Origin: Candidatus Dadabacteria bacterium | Lineage (GTDB): Bacteria; Desulfobacterota_D; UBA1144; Nemesobacterales; CSP1-2 | DNA length: 64,000 bases | Assembly: GCA_963805855.1 (NCBI GenBank) | Contig: CAWDVW010000003.1 | Span: 1-64,000, forward strand | Direction of reading: 5' to 3' | Part shown: positions 42,379-52,717 of the stretch, piece after piece | Position numbering within the stretch: the stretch's first letter is position 1 | How the letters are laid out: every line of letters begins with the position of its first letter | Translations under genes and position numbers: made by a program | Notes under the pieces: generated by a model | Told to the model about the DNA's origin: nothing | Seen by the model: the letters and a program-made list of their open reading frames with translations, nothing else | The model's database searches: none

Positions 42379-42726
42379 AGAATCTTCCTCCTTTATAACT
42401 TTATCTTGGATCAGTCTTTATGAAAAGCTGGAAACTCCTATTTTTATGATTATTGACCTAACCGTATTCGTACCATAAAAAAAAAGCGGAAGCAACCCTT
42501 TGTATGCAAAACTATAAAGGTGCACGTAACACTTTATTTAGAATTCAATTTCTCCGTTGTTATTAATTGTGGCCAAGTGGTCTAAAATTTGCGCCGGCAT
42601 TTACTCACATGGCATAATGACTTTCTCGGACCTGTCCTGTAATCCTTATCTTCGTGTTAGTCGTTGTTGATTATTATCAGTCCGTCATATATATAAGGTT
42701 GACCTCCTAATAGAGGTGCAACCTGA

Positions 42727-43032
42727 CTACTTCTTCCGGCGACGCTGATATATATGCAACGCGATCCAGGGCAGCAACCCCAGCGCGGCTATAAAGGCGG
42801 CCGAGTCGTCCAGGGCTCTTTTCCAGAGAAGGGTGCTCTCGTCTGCCATAAACAGCATCGATAGAGCGACCAACGTGTAGAAGACGGGACCTAGGAGAAC
42901 AATTCGAGTGGGCTTTTTGCTTCGTCGTTTCAGCAAGATGAGCGCTTCAATAAGGAACCCAACGCCCGCGATGGCTAGCATTACCGTGCCAACTAGGATT
43001 GTGGTAAGACCATAAAATCCAATGTCGCTCAT
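42727..43032 (-). CDS. Small three-TM hypothetical membrane protein, GC-richer than its neighbours
   Basis: Three hydrophobic segments and a basic C-terminus RRRKK. Confidence 0.65.
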   Translation of the reverse strand: MSDIGFYGLTTILVGTVMLAIAGVGFLIEALILLKRRSKKPTRIVLLGPVFYTLVALSMLFMADESTLLWKRALDDSAAFIAALGLLPWIALHIYQRRRKK

Positions 43033-43646
43033 GATGCACGGGAAGTCTCGATATATATGCCTGCTATGCTTGGTAGTCTAACGAAAAATTATGCGAACTG
43101 AAGTTTTTATTAACACCTCGATATCGGATGCTATTCGAACCAGCCTATCACTATTTCTTTCGGTTGTAAATAAAATGGGGAGGCACGCCTTTATTTAAAA
43201 TTTCATTTCCCGTCGGAGGCCGTTGCGAACTCTAGTCTAAATTCGCACTACAATCTTTTCACATGTCATGATGAATTCATCGGAACCACACTTCAAGCCT
43301 TTCTTGGTGTTTCTCGGGGGTAATATTCCTATAGGGTCTTGATTGTTACCGGTCATGGTATAGATAAATAGGGTTTACCCGTAATCCGCGTGGCAGCCCT
43401 TAATTCAACAACAGCGATTAGAAGACAACCCGGAAACCAATCTCACGCGATAAATAACGGTTTTCTTTACACTCTAGGAATTTGACAACAGAATAAAGGT
43501 CTGTCACTAGTTATTTCACGTTATTACAGGTTATTTTGAAACGGATCGGACCTTCATTGACCAGCATAATTGAAATAAGGATATATCACCCCCTCATATT
43601 CGCACTAGTAAATAGCTCACATCGGCGAAATAATCGGAGGAACAGT

Positions 43647-45205
43647 TTGTCACGGAAACGTCCCATTGCCCATTCAACTGAATCAAGTGTCAGTCTGGAT
43701 GAAGAGCGTCGAGAGTTTGCTAAGCTACAAAGACGGCTTGTCCCAATTTATCGAGACATTTTCCCCGATCGGGTAGCGCCTCGCACGGTCATTATCATAC
43801 CAAGCCTCTCATTAGACGAAGATGTGTTATCAAAGGTGCCGGGCGTTCACCATTATGAGGAACGTATGCTCTGCCTGCTCATTCTTTTGCGAATGCCACG
43901 CACGAAACTTGTTTTCGTGACCAGCCGGCCCATCCAAGACTCCATTATTGACTACTATTTGCACCTGTTACCCGGTATCCCCAGCAGGCATGCGCGCAGT
44001 CGGCTCACTCTTTTAAGTTGTTATGATGCGTCCCCTATACCCTTAACTCAGAAAATATTGGAGCGCCCGCGATTGTTGGAGGACATTCGCGCGGCTATTC
44101 TCGATCCTCTATCCGCCCACATAACCTGCTATAATTCGACCAATTTGGAACGCACCCTTGCCCTGCGTCTTGGAGTTCCTCTTTACGCCTGTGACCCTGA
44201 CCTCATATATTTGGGCTCAAAAAGCAACAGTCGAGAAACATTTCGGTCCGCCGGAGTAGATATGCCCGAAGGGGTCGAGAATCTTCGAGATGAACAGGAC
44301 ATAGTCAATTCACTAACCCTATTAAAACAAGAGAATCCGTCTTTAAAACGGGCGGTTTTAAAGCTGAACGACGGCTTCTCCGGCGAGGGAAACGCCCTAT
44401 TTGACTACGACATTGACGATGCCGACTTTTCTGCGAGTCATCTGACGAAAAGAATTAGCGGCGAACTTACCGAACCGAATTCGTTTTGAAGCGGCTGGAG
44501 AAACCTGGGAGGAGTATATTGGCAAATTTCGGGAGATGGGTGGGATCGTCGAGTGACTGGATTGATGCTAAAGAGAAGCGATCGCCTTCGTTTCAATGCC
44601 GGATTGACCCTTTGGGTGAGGTGGAAGTCCTATCGACGCACGACCAGGTTTTAGGTGGACCGAACGGCCAGATTTATCTCGGGTGTTCGTTCCCGGCTGA
44701 TGAAGTCTACCGATTGGAAATTCAGGAAGCAGGCCTAAAGATTGCGGGGATTCTAAAGCAAAAAGGGGTTCTTAACATATTCGGTGTCGACTTTATCTCC
44801 GTTAAGTCGGGCAACCGGTGGAAGCATTACGCACTCGAGATAAATCTTCGCAAAGGGGGCACAACCTTTCCGTATCTGGCACTCCAATTCTTAACGGACG
44901 GCTGTTACGATCCTGAAACGGGCCTGTTTCGATTAATCAACGGTCAGCCCCGTTTCTACTACGCCTCAGACAACCTCCAGAAGGCACGATATAAAGGCTT
45001 GGTACCCGATGATTTGATCGACATGATGGTGTATAACCAGCTCCATTTTGACAGTGCGTCACAACAGGGTGTCGTTTTTCACCTCATGGGAGCTTTATCG
45101 GAATTTGGAAAATTCGGGGTCACCTGCATTGGAGAGAATCCTGAACGAGCCCAGGAGCTTTACACCGCGACAATGGCTGCTCTCGATCGATCGAGACGAT
45201 CGTAG
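43647..45205 (+). CDS. PGM1-like ATP-grasp peptide ligase-related protein; two frameshifts at about 44470 and 44555
   Basis: GGAGG RBS with TTG at 43647. Motifs VIIIPSLS, HYEERML, LSCYDAS..PLTQKIL.RP, GSKS..R..F, KLNDGFSGEGNA, SPSFQ, STHDQVLGG..GQIYLGC.FPA, EINLRKGGTT, YYASDNL. Confidence 0.82.
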
Positions 45206-45452
45206 TAACAGCTTTGTACTTCTCAATCACCTCATTCCGACGGAAATTTTCTGCCTCAATTATTTTCCTATGCAGGCGCTACAGCAGTTAGATTAAGAAA
45301 AACGACAGCAATTAGTTTTATTGATAATATGGAATTAGACTTCATGCGCGGGCTTTCATATACGAATATGTCCTGATAATTTTATAGCTCTCCGTGGTTA
45401 GGGGGGAAACAACCTTTATTTAATACAAGCCCGAGAACACTCTATTTAGCGT

Positions 45453-45878
45453 TTAAAGTAACGGACCCTCGTTCTCAATTATGCTTGCTACATCCGCCAA
45501 CTCTTTGCCCAGAAGAGTGATAATGTCATCAAGAGTTATTATTCCTACCAGATTCCCTTCCGCATTGACCACCGGAAATCTCCTAACCGCACTTTTCTTT
45601 ACCTGCTCTAGTGCTTCAAATAACCCCGTATCTTCTCTCAGTATCAAAACAAGCTCCCATGTCATTACATCATCAATGGGAGCCGTGTTCGGATCTAAGT
45701 TTTTACTCAAAACTCTAAGAAGAATGTCTCTATCGGTTACGATACCAAACTTTTCTCCTTCACCATCAATTACCACACTACCGATATTTTTTTCCTCCAT
45801 TAACTTGGCTACCTCTTTTACCGTAGTGCCGGATTTTACGGTCACAACTTCCTTACGGCACAGATTTCTCAAACTCAT
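45453..45878 (-). CDS. CBS-pair domain protein
   Basis: GIVTDRDI, RRFPVV...LVGIITLDD; GGAGG RBS before ATG 45878. Confidence 0.9.
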   Translation of the reverse strand: MSLRNLCRKEVVTVKSGTTVKEVAKLMEEKNIGSVVIDGEGEKFGIVTDRDILLRVLSKNLDPNTAPIDDVMTWELVLILREDTGLFEALEQVKKSAVRRFPVVNAEGNLVGIITLDDIITLLGKELADVASIIENEGPLL

Positions 45879-45919
45879 ATCTACCTCCTTCCCACGAGAT
45901 GCCACACTTTTGAAAAATT

Positions 45920-45934
45920 GCAATTAACATGCCA
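45920..45934 (-). promoter_or_regulatory. sigma54 promoter of the CBS gene
   Basis: TGGCATGTTAATTGC on the minus strand; TGTC-N9-GACA palindrome near 46001..46017 is a possible enhancer site. Confidence 0.65.
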
Positions 45935-46293
45935 ACCTTGCGCAATTTCCTGAATATCAAAGAAATTATCTATACGAAATCATAAGTGGGATAACTAGAA
46001 TGTCTGAATGTAGGACATTTGACAATTTAGTCTACTAGCCCTGCTACGACGAACAAGATTCAGAGGCGGGCCAATGAATTATAATGTTTCTCCTGAGCCT
46101 ATAAAACGAGCGTAGGCGATATGAATGAAATCGGGTTACCACTATCAAGCTTTCAAAAAAAAGCAAATCCAGCTAACGTCTCTTATACGTTTTTTATCAA
46201 ATGAGCCGAACCAATTTGAATGTTTCTTAATATTTACTGAGTAATTATTATGCTATATTATCAGGGTCATATATGATCCAATAGGAAATCGCC

Positions 46294-46722
46294 TTGGATA
46301 TTTCCAGAGACCTTTCGCCAGACGAACGGATTGAACTTCTACGGGTAGCCCGTGAAGCTGTGAAGAATGCATATGCTCCGTATTCAGAGTTTCGAGTAGG
46401 TGCGGCAGTTTTAACTGAAAGGGGCAATATATTTTCCGGGTGTAACATAGAGAACGCTTCATATGGCCTTACTATTTGCGCTGAGCGGGCGGCAATCTAT
46501 TCCGCTGTTGCAAATGAAGGCGGAAACAACATGAAGATCCGAGCGATTTGTGTTGTGAACGACAAAGACAGTACCTGTTCCCCCTGTGGCGCATGTAGAC
46601 AGGTAATCTACGAGTTTGGCCCAAATGCGATTGTTATCTTCAAAGGCCGTGACGGCCTTATATCCGCCCATGCTAAAGAACTTTTGCCGGATGGTTTCGT
46701 TTCTTTCGATCAATCAAATTGA
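46294..46722 (+). CDS. cdd: Cytidine deaminase (homotetrameric type)
   Basis: AYAPYS.FRVGAA, GCNIENASYGLTICAER, SPCGACRQ, ELLP. Confidence 0.95.
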   Translation: MDISRDLSPDERIELLRVAREAVKNAYAPYSEFRVGAAVLTERGNIFSGCNIENASYGLTICAERAAIYSAVANEGGNNMKIRAICVVNDKDSTCSPCGACRQVIYEFGPNAIVIFKGRDGLISAHAKELLPDGFVSFDQSN

Positions 46723-46865
46723 TGAATGTTAATACGGACGACAGGCACTATTTTTAACTTATCAAGACGACAAAAACATATATTTAGTTGGTGTGTGTTC
46801 ACCTGCTACTAGAAAATACAAAACGAGACTCTGATTGAGTTTGGAAGAGTCGGGAGGAAATTGTT

Positions 46866-47183
46866 ATGATGATAGCAAGATGGCAGATACAGGCAAGATT
46901 CGGACATAAGAAGGCGGCTTTGGATTCGATGACAAGATGGATCCAAGAAGTCGGGTCTCAAATAGGCTGGACTCCGGATAGGGTTAGAGTAATCACCGGT
47001 TCTATAGGAGCGCATGAATCGACTATTGAGACCGAGATAATGATCAAGGATTTAAAAGAGCTCGATGATGCCTGGAGCAAATTAGCGAAACTTGCTCCGC
47101 ACAAAAAATGGGGAGAGGAATTCGAAAAGCTAATTGTTTCCGGAACAGCGCGCTGGGAGATATTCAGGGTGGTATCCGATTAG
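46866..47183 (+). CDS. Hypothetical protein, NIPSNAP-like dimeric alpha-beta barrel
   Basis: GGAGG RBS; alternating beta/alpha pattern, ARFGHK, TGSIG, W...F..LIVSG. Confidence 0.7.
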   Translation: MMIARWQIQARFGHKKAALDSMTRWIQEVGSQIGWTPDRVRVITGSIGAHESTIETEIMIKDLKELDDAWSKLAKLAPHKKWGEEFEKLIVSGTARWEIFRVVSD

Positions 47184-47414
47184 TTATACCTTTTGTCTAG
47201 ATTAGATCATACCTGTTACATATGTTTCAGAAAGTATGGCATAACACCACTTTGACCGTATGCTGTATAGCGGAAAGTTATTCTTCCACCGAATGGAAGA
47301 GTATTTGAGAAAACATGCATTTGTATGCTCCCTCTTATTATTTACCTCTGCAGTGCTCCGATAAGGTAGCAGGGAAAAGTCGCTCTGTGATCCGGAACGC
47401 GATCAGAAAATGGT

Positions 47415-48851
47415 ATGAACATAAAAATGATTCTACGGAGAGATGATTACTGGCTTACAAGGCTTGTTCTGCAGCGGGGGTTGGCATTTGTTTATCTGAT
47501 TGCTTTTATAGCAGTCATTCATCAATTCAAGCCGCTACTAGGGGAAGGGGGACTTCTTCCGGTTCCGGAATTCATAGATCAGATGCGTTTTGCCGAATCG
47601 CCGAGCATCTTCTTCTGGTTTCCAACTGATTTCGCTTTTGATTTGCTAGGATGGATTGGGGTTGCGCTTTCTCTATTTGCCCTTTCGGGATTCTCGGAAA
47701 AATTCGGCAACCTTGTGTCTGCGGCTACCTGGGGCGCACTCTGGGTGATTTACCTCTCCTTTGTAAATGTAGGTCAAACATTCTATGCGTTTGGCTGGGA
47801 GACACTGCTTTTGGAAGCCGGGTTTCTTGCGATTTTTTTGGGCGCCGAAAAAACCGCACCGTCGTTTCTGGTAATCCTTCTTTTTAACTGGTTGCTTTTC
47901 CGGGTGATGTTTGGCGCGGGTCTTATAAAAATTCGCGGTGATAGCTGCTGGCGGGATTTAACCTGCCTTCAATACCATTATGAAACACAACCGATGCCGA
48001 ATCCCCTTAGCTGGTATTTCCATTGGATGCCGGCATGGATTCATAAAACAGGGGTGCTCTTTAATCACTTCACGGAGTTGGTGGTCCCGTTTGCTTATTT
48101 TGCGCCTTCTCAGATAAGCGGCTTCGCAGGGCTTATAACCCTATTCTTTCATTCGTGGCTTTTCGCCAGCGGGAACTTTTCATTCTTGGGACTCCTCACG
48201 ATGGTTCTGGCTTTGAGTACCCTTAGCGACTCATGGTTGAAGCGCGTTATTCGAATTCGCCCACCAGAGCTTGCTCCGGGCACCCGTCTTTATTTTTCAG
48301 CTACGGCGGGACTCACGGTGCTTGTTGCGGTCTTAAGTATTTATCCCATAAGAAACATGGTGTCCGAAATCCAATTGATGAACGCTTCTTTCGAGCCCTT
48401 ACACCTGGTGAATACCTATGGTGCCTTTGGAACCATCACGCGGCCGCGGTATGAAGTAATTGTCGAGGGAACGAATGAACCCGTGGTTACGGATGCTACC
48501 AGTTGGCGGGAATATGAATTTATCGGGAAGCCCGGCGATGTGACCCGCACCCCGCCGCAGATAGCACCCTATCACTTACGGCTTGACTGGCTGATGTGGT
48601 TCGCCGCATTTTCTTCGCCGAGGCAGCATCCTTGGTTCATAAGTTTTTTGGAAAAACTTTTAGAGGGCGATAAAGCTGTCTTGGGCCTCCTTCGATATAA
48701 TCCGTTTCCAGATCATCCACCGACATTTGTCCGCGCGTCATTATATGAATATCATTTCACCACTCCTGAGGGACGAAGCAAGAGCGGCGCTGTTTGGAGC
48801 CGAAAACTCGTCGGGCTTTATTTCCCGCCAGTCTCGCTTCGTAAGCAATAA
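47415..48851 (+). CDS. Lipase maturation factor (LMF1) family membrane protein
   Basis: L.GEGGLLP, FGWETLLLEAGFL, GLIKIRGDSCWRDLT...HYETQPMPNP, GNFSFL, NTYGAFG, APYHLRLDWLMWF. Confidence 0.92.
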   Translation: MNIKMILRRDDYWLTRLVLQRGLAFVYLIAFIAVIHQFKPLLGEGGLLPVPEFIDQMRFAESPSIFFWFPTDFAFDLLGWIGVALSLFALSGFSEKFGNLVSAATWGALWVIYLSFVNVGQTFYAFGWETLLLEAGFLAIFLGAEKTAPSFLVILLFNWLLFRVMFGAGLIKIRGDSCWRDLTCLQYHYETQPMPNPLSWYFHWMPAWIHKTGVLFNHFTELVVPFAYFAPSQISGFAGLITLFFHSWLFASGNFSFLGLLTMVLALSTLSDSWLKRVIRIRPPELAPGTRLYFSATAGLTVLVAVLSIYPIRNMVSEIQLMNASFEPLHLVNTYGAFGTITRPRYEVIVEGTNEPVVTDATSWREYEFIGKPGDVTRTPPQIAPYHLRLDWLMWFAAFSSPRQHPWFISFLEKLLEGDKAVLGLLRYNPFPDHPPTFVRASLYEYHFTTPEGRSKSGAVWSRKLVGLYFPPVSLRKQ

Positions 48852-49069
48852 AGACCTTGGTTATTTTGCGCTCCCAATGATTCCGGGTCCGCTGAAATTC
48901 ACGCTTTTATGGACGCGGCATCATAGCGGGAAAAGTTATTGATCTTGTTATGTCTATAATAAATCGTTTATGCTATATGGGTCTCGTGGGTGAAACAGAA
49001 AGGTTGGGTCGCTAAAAAGTGTGGAGGCTGGTATAAGATTCCGGTGCTATTAGGAAAAAGCGATAATCT

Positions 49070-49756
49070 ATGAAGAGTTTTCAATTAATAGCATTTTTAA
49101 TAGTTCTTCAGCTGCCTTCTACTCTTTCCTATTCTGCAGAAGAAGAAGTTGAGAGCGTGCCGACTGCTTGCTCAAATCCATCCGATTGTAAAATATATCT
49201 GGCTCAAAATAATTCGACTGAATCATCGGTCAATGGATCTGAAGCGAAATCGATAGAATCGGTTTCGGTAAAGGTAGAGTCTGTTTCGAATCCGCTTGGA
49301 AAGGCTTCGGAATCTATTCAGTCGATTTCAAGGCCTATAGAATCAATATCGAAACCGCTTGGATCGGTTTCAGAACCATTGAGTTCAGTCTCAAAACCGC
49401 TTGGCTCTGTTTCAAAGCCAATTGGTTCATACTCTCTGCCTGACGATTCGCTGAGGAATCCTCAGGAATCGGAACCAAAAATTACACAGGAAAAAGATGA
49501 ATCAAGAGGTTTGAACGTTAACTCTATTCAAGGTGGAATAGTGGGAATGGGAAAAGAACCATTCACCGGTGAAGAAAAGTCTGATTCATCATATTCTGAG
49601 GAAGACTTTGAAGATCCGTTTAAAGAAAACGCGAACGTAGACGCAACAGGACAGGAATATGACAGAATAAAGGGCACGAGGGAAACTTACTGCAAGTGGA
49701 AGGATGAGAATGGAATGATTCATATTGAATCAGGTGAGAAGTGTAGAAGGGACTAG
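49070..49756 (+). CDS. Secreted hypothetical protein with 9 x 7-aa Ser/Pro repeats and a DUF4124-like C-terminal motif
   Basis: Signal peptide; repeats at 49253..49441; YCKWKDENGMIH. Confidence 0.7.
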   Translation: MKSFQLIAFLIVLQLPSTLSYSAEEEVESVPTACSNPSDCKIYLAQNNSTESSVNGSEAKSIESVSVKVESVSNPLGKASESIQSISRPIESISKPLGSVSEPLSSVSKPLGSVSKPIGSYSLPDDSLRNPQESEPKITQEKDESRGLNVNSIQGGIVGMGKEPFTGEEKSDSSYSEEDFEDPFKENANVDATGQEYDRIKGTRETYCKWKDENGMIHIESGEKCRRD

Positions 49757-49925
49757 AAAACATAAAACGTCTCAGGCCTTGACATTTGATATAACGATTA
49801 CCGGGGTATCAGAATTACTTATTGCAAGACCCTCGGGATTCGACACGAGGGTGCACTCTAGAACGTACCAACTAAGTAATGCAAAAGACAGAGTATATAT
49901 TTGGAAGATTCTGGATATTATAGGC

Positions 49926-50264
49926 TTAGAGATTACTTGATCCTTGTCCTATGGCTTCCCTTAAGAGTGGTTCGAGCTCTCCCCTCTCATCCATTTCCAT
50001 ACATATATCGCAGCCGCCGATAAATTTCCCATTTATATACAGTTGCGGTATAGTGGGCCAGTGAGAGTAATCTTTTATGCCCTGCCTTATCTCCGGGTCG
50101 GCAAGAACATCTACAGTCTCAAATGGTACGTCATAAGAGTTGATTATCTGCACCACTTGAGCCGAGAAGCCGCATTGGGGAATCTCCTTTGTACCCTTCA
50201 TATATAGAATTACTTTATTCTGGCCAATCTGTGATTGAATTTTTTTCATAATATCTTCAGACAT
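49926..50264 (-). CDS. grxD: Monothiol glutaredoxin Grx4
   Basis: YMKGT...PQCGFS, WPTIPQLY..G.FIGGCDI. Confidence 0.95.
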   Translation of the reverse strand: MSEDIMKKIQSQIGQNKVILYMKGTKEIPQCGFSAQVVQIINSYDVPFETVDVLADPEIRQGIKDYSHWPTIPQLYINGKFIGGCDICMEMDERGELEPLLREAIGQGSSNL

Positions 50265-50268
50265 TTTC

Positions 50269-50514
50269 TCACTCCTTATTTTGTTTTCTTTCCCACTGAT
50301 GAGGTGTGTAGGTTTTCAGAGAAATGGCGTGTATCTGTTCTTTCATTGCCTCACCCAGGGCGCTATAAACTATCTGATGTTGCTCGATCAGGCTCTTACC
50401 CTCAAAATCGCTAGAAACGACAATGGCTTCGAAATGAGTGCCATCACCCCGGACGGCAACGGTAGAACTTGGTAGCCCATTTTCTATCAAGACCTTTATT
50501 TCTTCTGGGTCCAT
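50269..50514 (-). CDS. bolA: BolA/IbaG family protein
   Basis: GDGTHFEA.VVS..FEGKS...QHQ.VY.AL, IHAISLKT; adjacent to grxD. Confidence 0.92.
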   Translation of the reverse strand: MDPEEIKVLIENGLPSSTVAVRGDGTHFEAIVVSSDFEGKSLIEQHQIVYSALGEAMKEQIHAISLKTYTPHQWERKQNKE

Positions 50515-50596
50515 CTACTTTATTATATAATGTTTAAATCCCCTTTCAAGTAATGGATAGCAACCCGATGCTTGAAATATTGGACTTATAATTGAA

Positions 50597-50752
50597 ATGC
50601 GGAGACTTAAATGGCCAGTATTAGTGATAGTTATATTGACTGCTTTTTTGTTTATCGCTATTTATTCGATACTGGGAAAGACTCAGCCGACTCTCGAGGG
50701 TTCGCTAGTATTTTTGGATCTTGCTCAACCGGGCAATCGGGTGATCCTCTGA
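50597..50752 (+). CDS. Putative 51-aa small membrane protein (below the ORF-track cutoff)
   Basis: MRRLKWPVLVIVILTAFLFIAIYSILGKTQPTLEGSLVFLDLAQPGNRVIL: basic N-terminus plus one TM helix. Confidence 0.45.
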   Translation: MRRLKWPVLVIVILTAFLFIAIYSILGKTQPTLEGSLVFLDLAQPGNRVIL

Positions 50753-50954
50753 GCAAGTTCTATTCGGACAATATTCGAAAATGGGCATGCGGGGAGTATA
50801 AAACTTTGTTTTTTGACAGAAAGAGTATTGAGAGAAATAGCTGGAAGCAGCTCTGGTTGTTACCTGAATCCGGTGTAAACTAGCTTTCAATTTGATTAAA
50901 TTACAATTTAGTTTAATTTTTAATCCATAATTGGAATAATAGGAGGTAAAGACG

Positions 50955-51188
50955 ATGGCTGCGAGCTCATATGTACTGATAAATTTGTCTGGGCCACAGA
51001 CAAAAAATGCGGTTAACAAGATTAGGAGGATAAAGGGTGTGAAGTCTGCTCACATCGTCGCGGGTCCTTATGATCTTGTGGCTTTTGTGGAAGGCAAGAA
51101 TGAGAAGGATATCGGTGATCTTGTGATATCAAAGATTAGAAAGACCCAAGGTGTTACAAATACGGTGACATGCTTTGTAGTAGCTTAG
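50955..51188 (+). CDS. Stand-alone Lrp/AsnC ligand-binding-domain protein
   Basis: YVLI......V...I..I.GV..AHIVAGPYDL...V....IRK..GV.NT.T; AGGAGG RBS. Confidence 0.88.
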   Translation: MAASSYVLINLSGPQTKNAVNKIRRIKGVKSAHIVAGPYDLVAFVEGKNEKDIGDLVISKIRKTQGVTNTVTCFVVA

Positions 51189-51249
51189 CATAGCTTGGTG
51201 TTATTGAGATATCTTTGAAAAAATATCCCAACGTTGTATAATCTGATTC

Positions 51250-51459
51250 ATGAGCTTAAAGGCCATAATCATCGTGCTGATTGTTATTGGTATAATTTAT
51301 TTTGGCGTTTCCAAGTTCATGGACAGTCTCAATGATGTGCAGGATGTCTCGACTTCGTATTTAAGAGACACAATAGGTGCCGAAAAAAAGGCAAGGGATG
51401 TGCTCGGGAAGAGCAGGGAGCAGGTAAAGAAAAGAGAGCAAATGGTAGACCAGGAGTAG
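51250..51459 (+). CDS. Small membrane-anchored hypothetical protein
   Basis: N-terminal TM segment followed by a charged helix. Confidence 0.6.
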   Translation: MSLKAIIIVLIVIGIIYFGVSKFMDSLNDVQDVSTSYLRDTIGAEKKARDVLGKSREQVKKREQMVDQE

Positions 51460-51661
51460 GAGTTTCTTGGATTAGAAGTTGTCTTTTATACGGTGAGGAT
51501 ATAGAAGTCGGGTTTTTCAGAACATACCTTTTTAATTTCGAAATATATTGAGGGAAAATTTCTTGGATTTTAATAATTCTCACTCTTCTTTTATCTTTGC
51601 GAGATACCGTAATCGTTGTCTTTTGTTATTCGCCCGATGAAACAAAAAATGGAGAGACTAA

Positions 51662-52117
51662 ATGAAGGTTAAGGAAATTATGACAACTCCCGTTATTGTG
51701 GGTAAGGAGGAGAATACATTAGAAGAAATCGCTCACATAATAATAGATAATAAAATAGGTTGTGTCCCGATTGTTGGAACGGATGGGAAGATGGTAGGGA
51801 TAATAACAGAGACTGATTTTATGGTTAAAGAGCGCTGTGTTCCTTTTTCCAGGTTCAATGCACCTCAGTTATTTGGTAAGTGGATGCCTCAAGAAGGTGT
51901 CGAGCAAGCCTATAAAAACGCAAGGGAATTGGTGGCGAAAGATATCATGAGCGAGGGTGTTGTAAGTGTCACGGAAGAGGTTGGCGTTGATGAAGTAATA
52001 AAAGAAATGCTCAAGCATGATTACCATCACATACCGGTCGTGCGCGATGGGGTTCCTGTCGGAATTGTGACGAGGCACGACATCTTGAAGATGACGTTAG
52101 ATAAAGAGCTAGTATAA
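51662..52117 (+). CDS. CBS-pair domain protein
   Basis: MKVKEIMT.PV, VPIV...G.MVGIITETD, IPVV.DG..VGIVTRHD. Confidence 0.9.
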   Translation: MKVKEIMTTPVIVGKEENTLEEIAHIIIDNKIGCVPIVGTDGKMVGIITETDFMVKERCVPFSRFNAPQLFGKWMPQEGVEQAYKNARELVAKDIMSEGVVSVTEEVGVDEVIKEMLKHDYHHIPVVRDGVPVGIVTRHDILKMTLDKELV

Positions 52118-52141
52118 TTTCTGTAAGACATGTAATTCTTT

Positions 52142-52516
52142 ATGCTTTCGACCATGGCAAAGTTCGGGGTTCGACCTGAGAAGGAAGACAGGCTTCATGA
52201 GCGAATGAAAGAGTTAGGCATTATTGAAGAAGATATTAAAGAGACTTTCATCCGTTCCGGTGGTCCTGGCGGACAGAGTGTGAACAAAACTGCGACGTGT
52301 GTGCAGATTAAACACATTCCTACCGGAATCATTGTGAAATCACAAGAGGGGCGTTCCCAGGGTTTAAACAGATTTTTGGCAAGGCGTCTGCTCGTTTCGA
52401 GAATTGAAAAAAGTCTTCTTGGAAAGGAGTCTCCTGGGGAGGAGGTACGGAAAAAGATTCGCAAGCAAAAGCAAAGGAGCAGGAGACGGACCAAGAAAAA
52501 GCTATCGGGAGTTTAA
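52142..52516 (+). CDS. Short GGQ peptidyl-tRNA hydrolase / release-factor-like protein (ArfB/C12orf65-like)
   Basis: F.RSGGPGGQSVNKT...V...H.PTGI.V...RSQ..NR, plus a highly basic C-terminal tail. Confidence 0.88.
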   Translation: MLSTMAKFGVRPEKEDRLHERMKELGIIEEDIKETFIRSGGPGGQSVNKTATCVQIKHIPTGIIVKSQEGRSQGLNRFLARRLLVSRIEKSLLGKESPGEEVRKKIRKQKQRSRRRTKKKLSGV

Positions 52517-52717
52517 GTGAAAGTCTGTGTTACTCATTATTTGCAGGCTAAACTCAAACTGCCTGTGTCCTTTAAAGACTATCCCCGGTAGTTTGCTTCA
52601 TGTTCTTACGCCAATAGTCTTTTGTAGTAAGATAATTAGAAGATTAAGATTTTAGGTATACTGTAAACAAATTTGCATAAAATAATACTAGTCGATTAAG
52701 ACCTACTCGATGAAATC

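Noticed and set aside
47415-48851. Eukaryote-like LMF1 gene as a horizontal-transfer novelty
   Set aside because: Bacterial LMF1-family proteins are already known, and nothing in the context is unusual.
50611-50883. 90-aa ORF from the track
   Set aside because: No recognisable features; the overlapping frame 50597..50752 looks more like a real protein.
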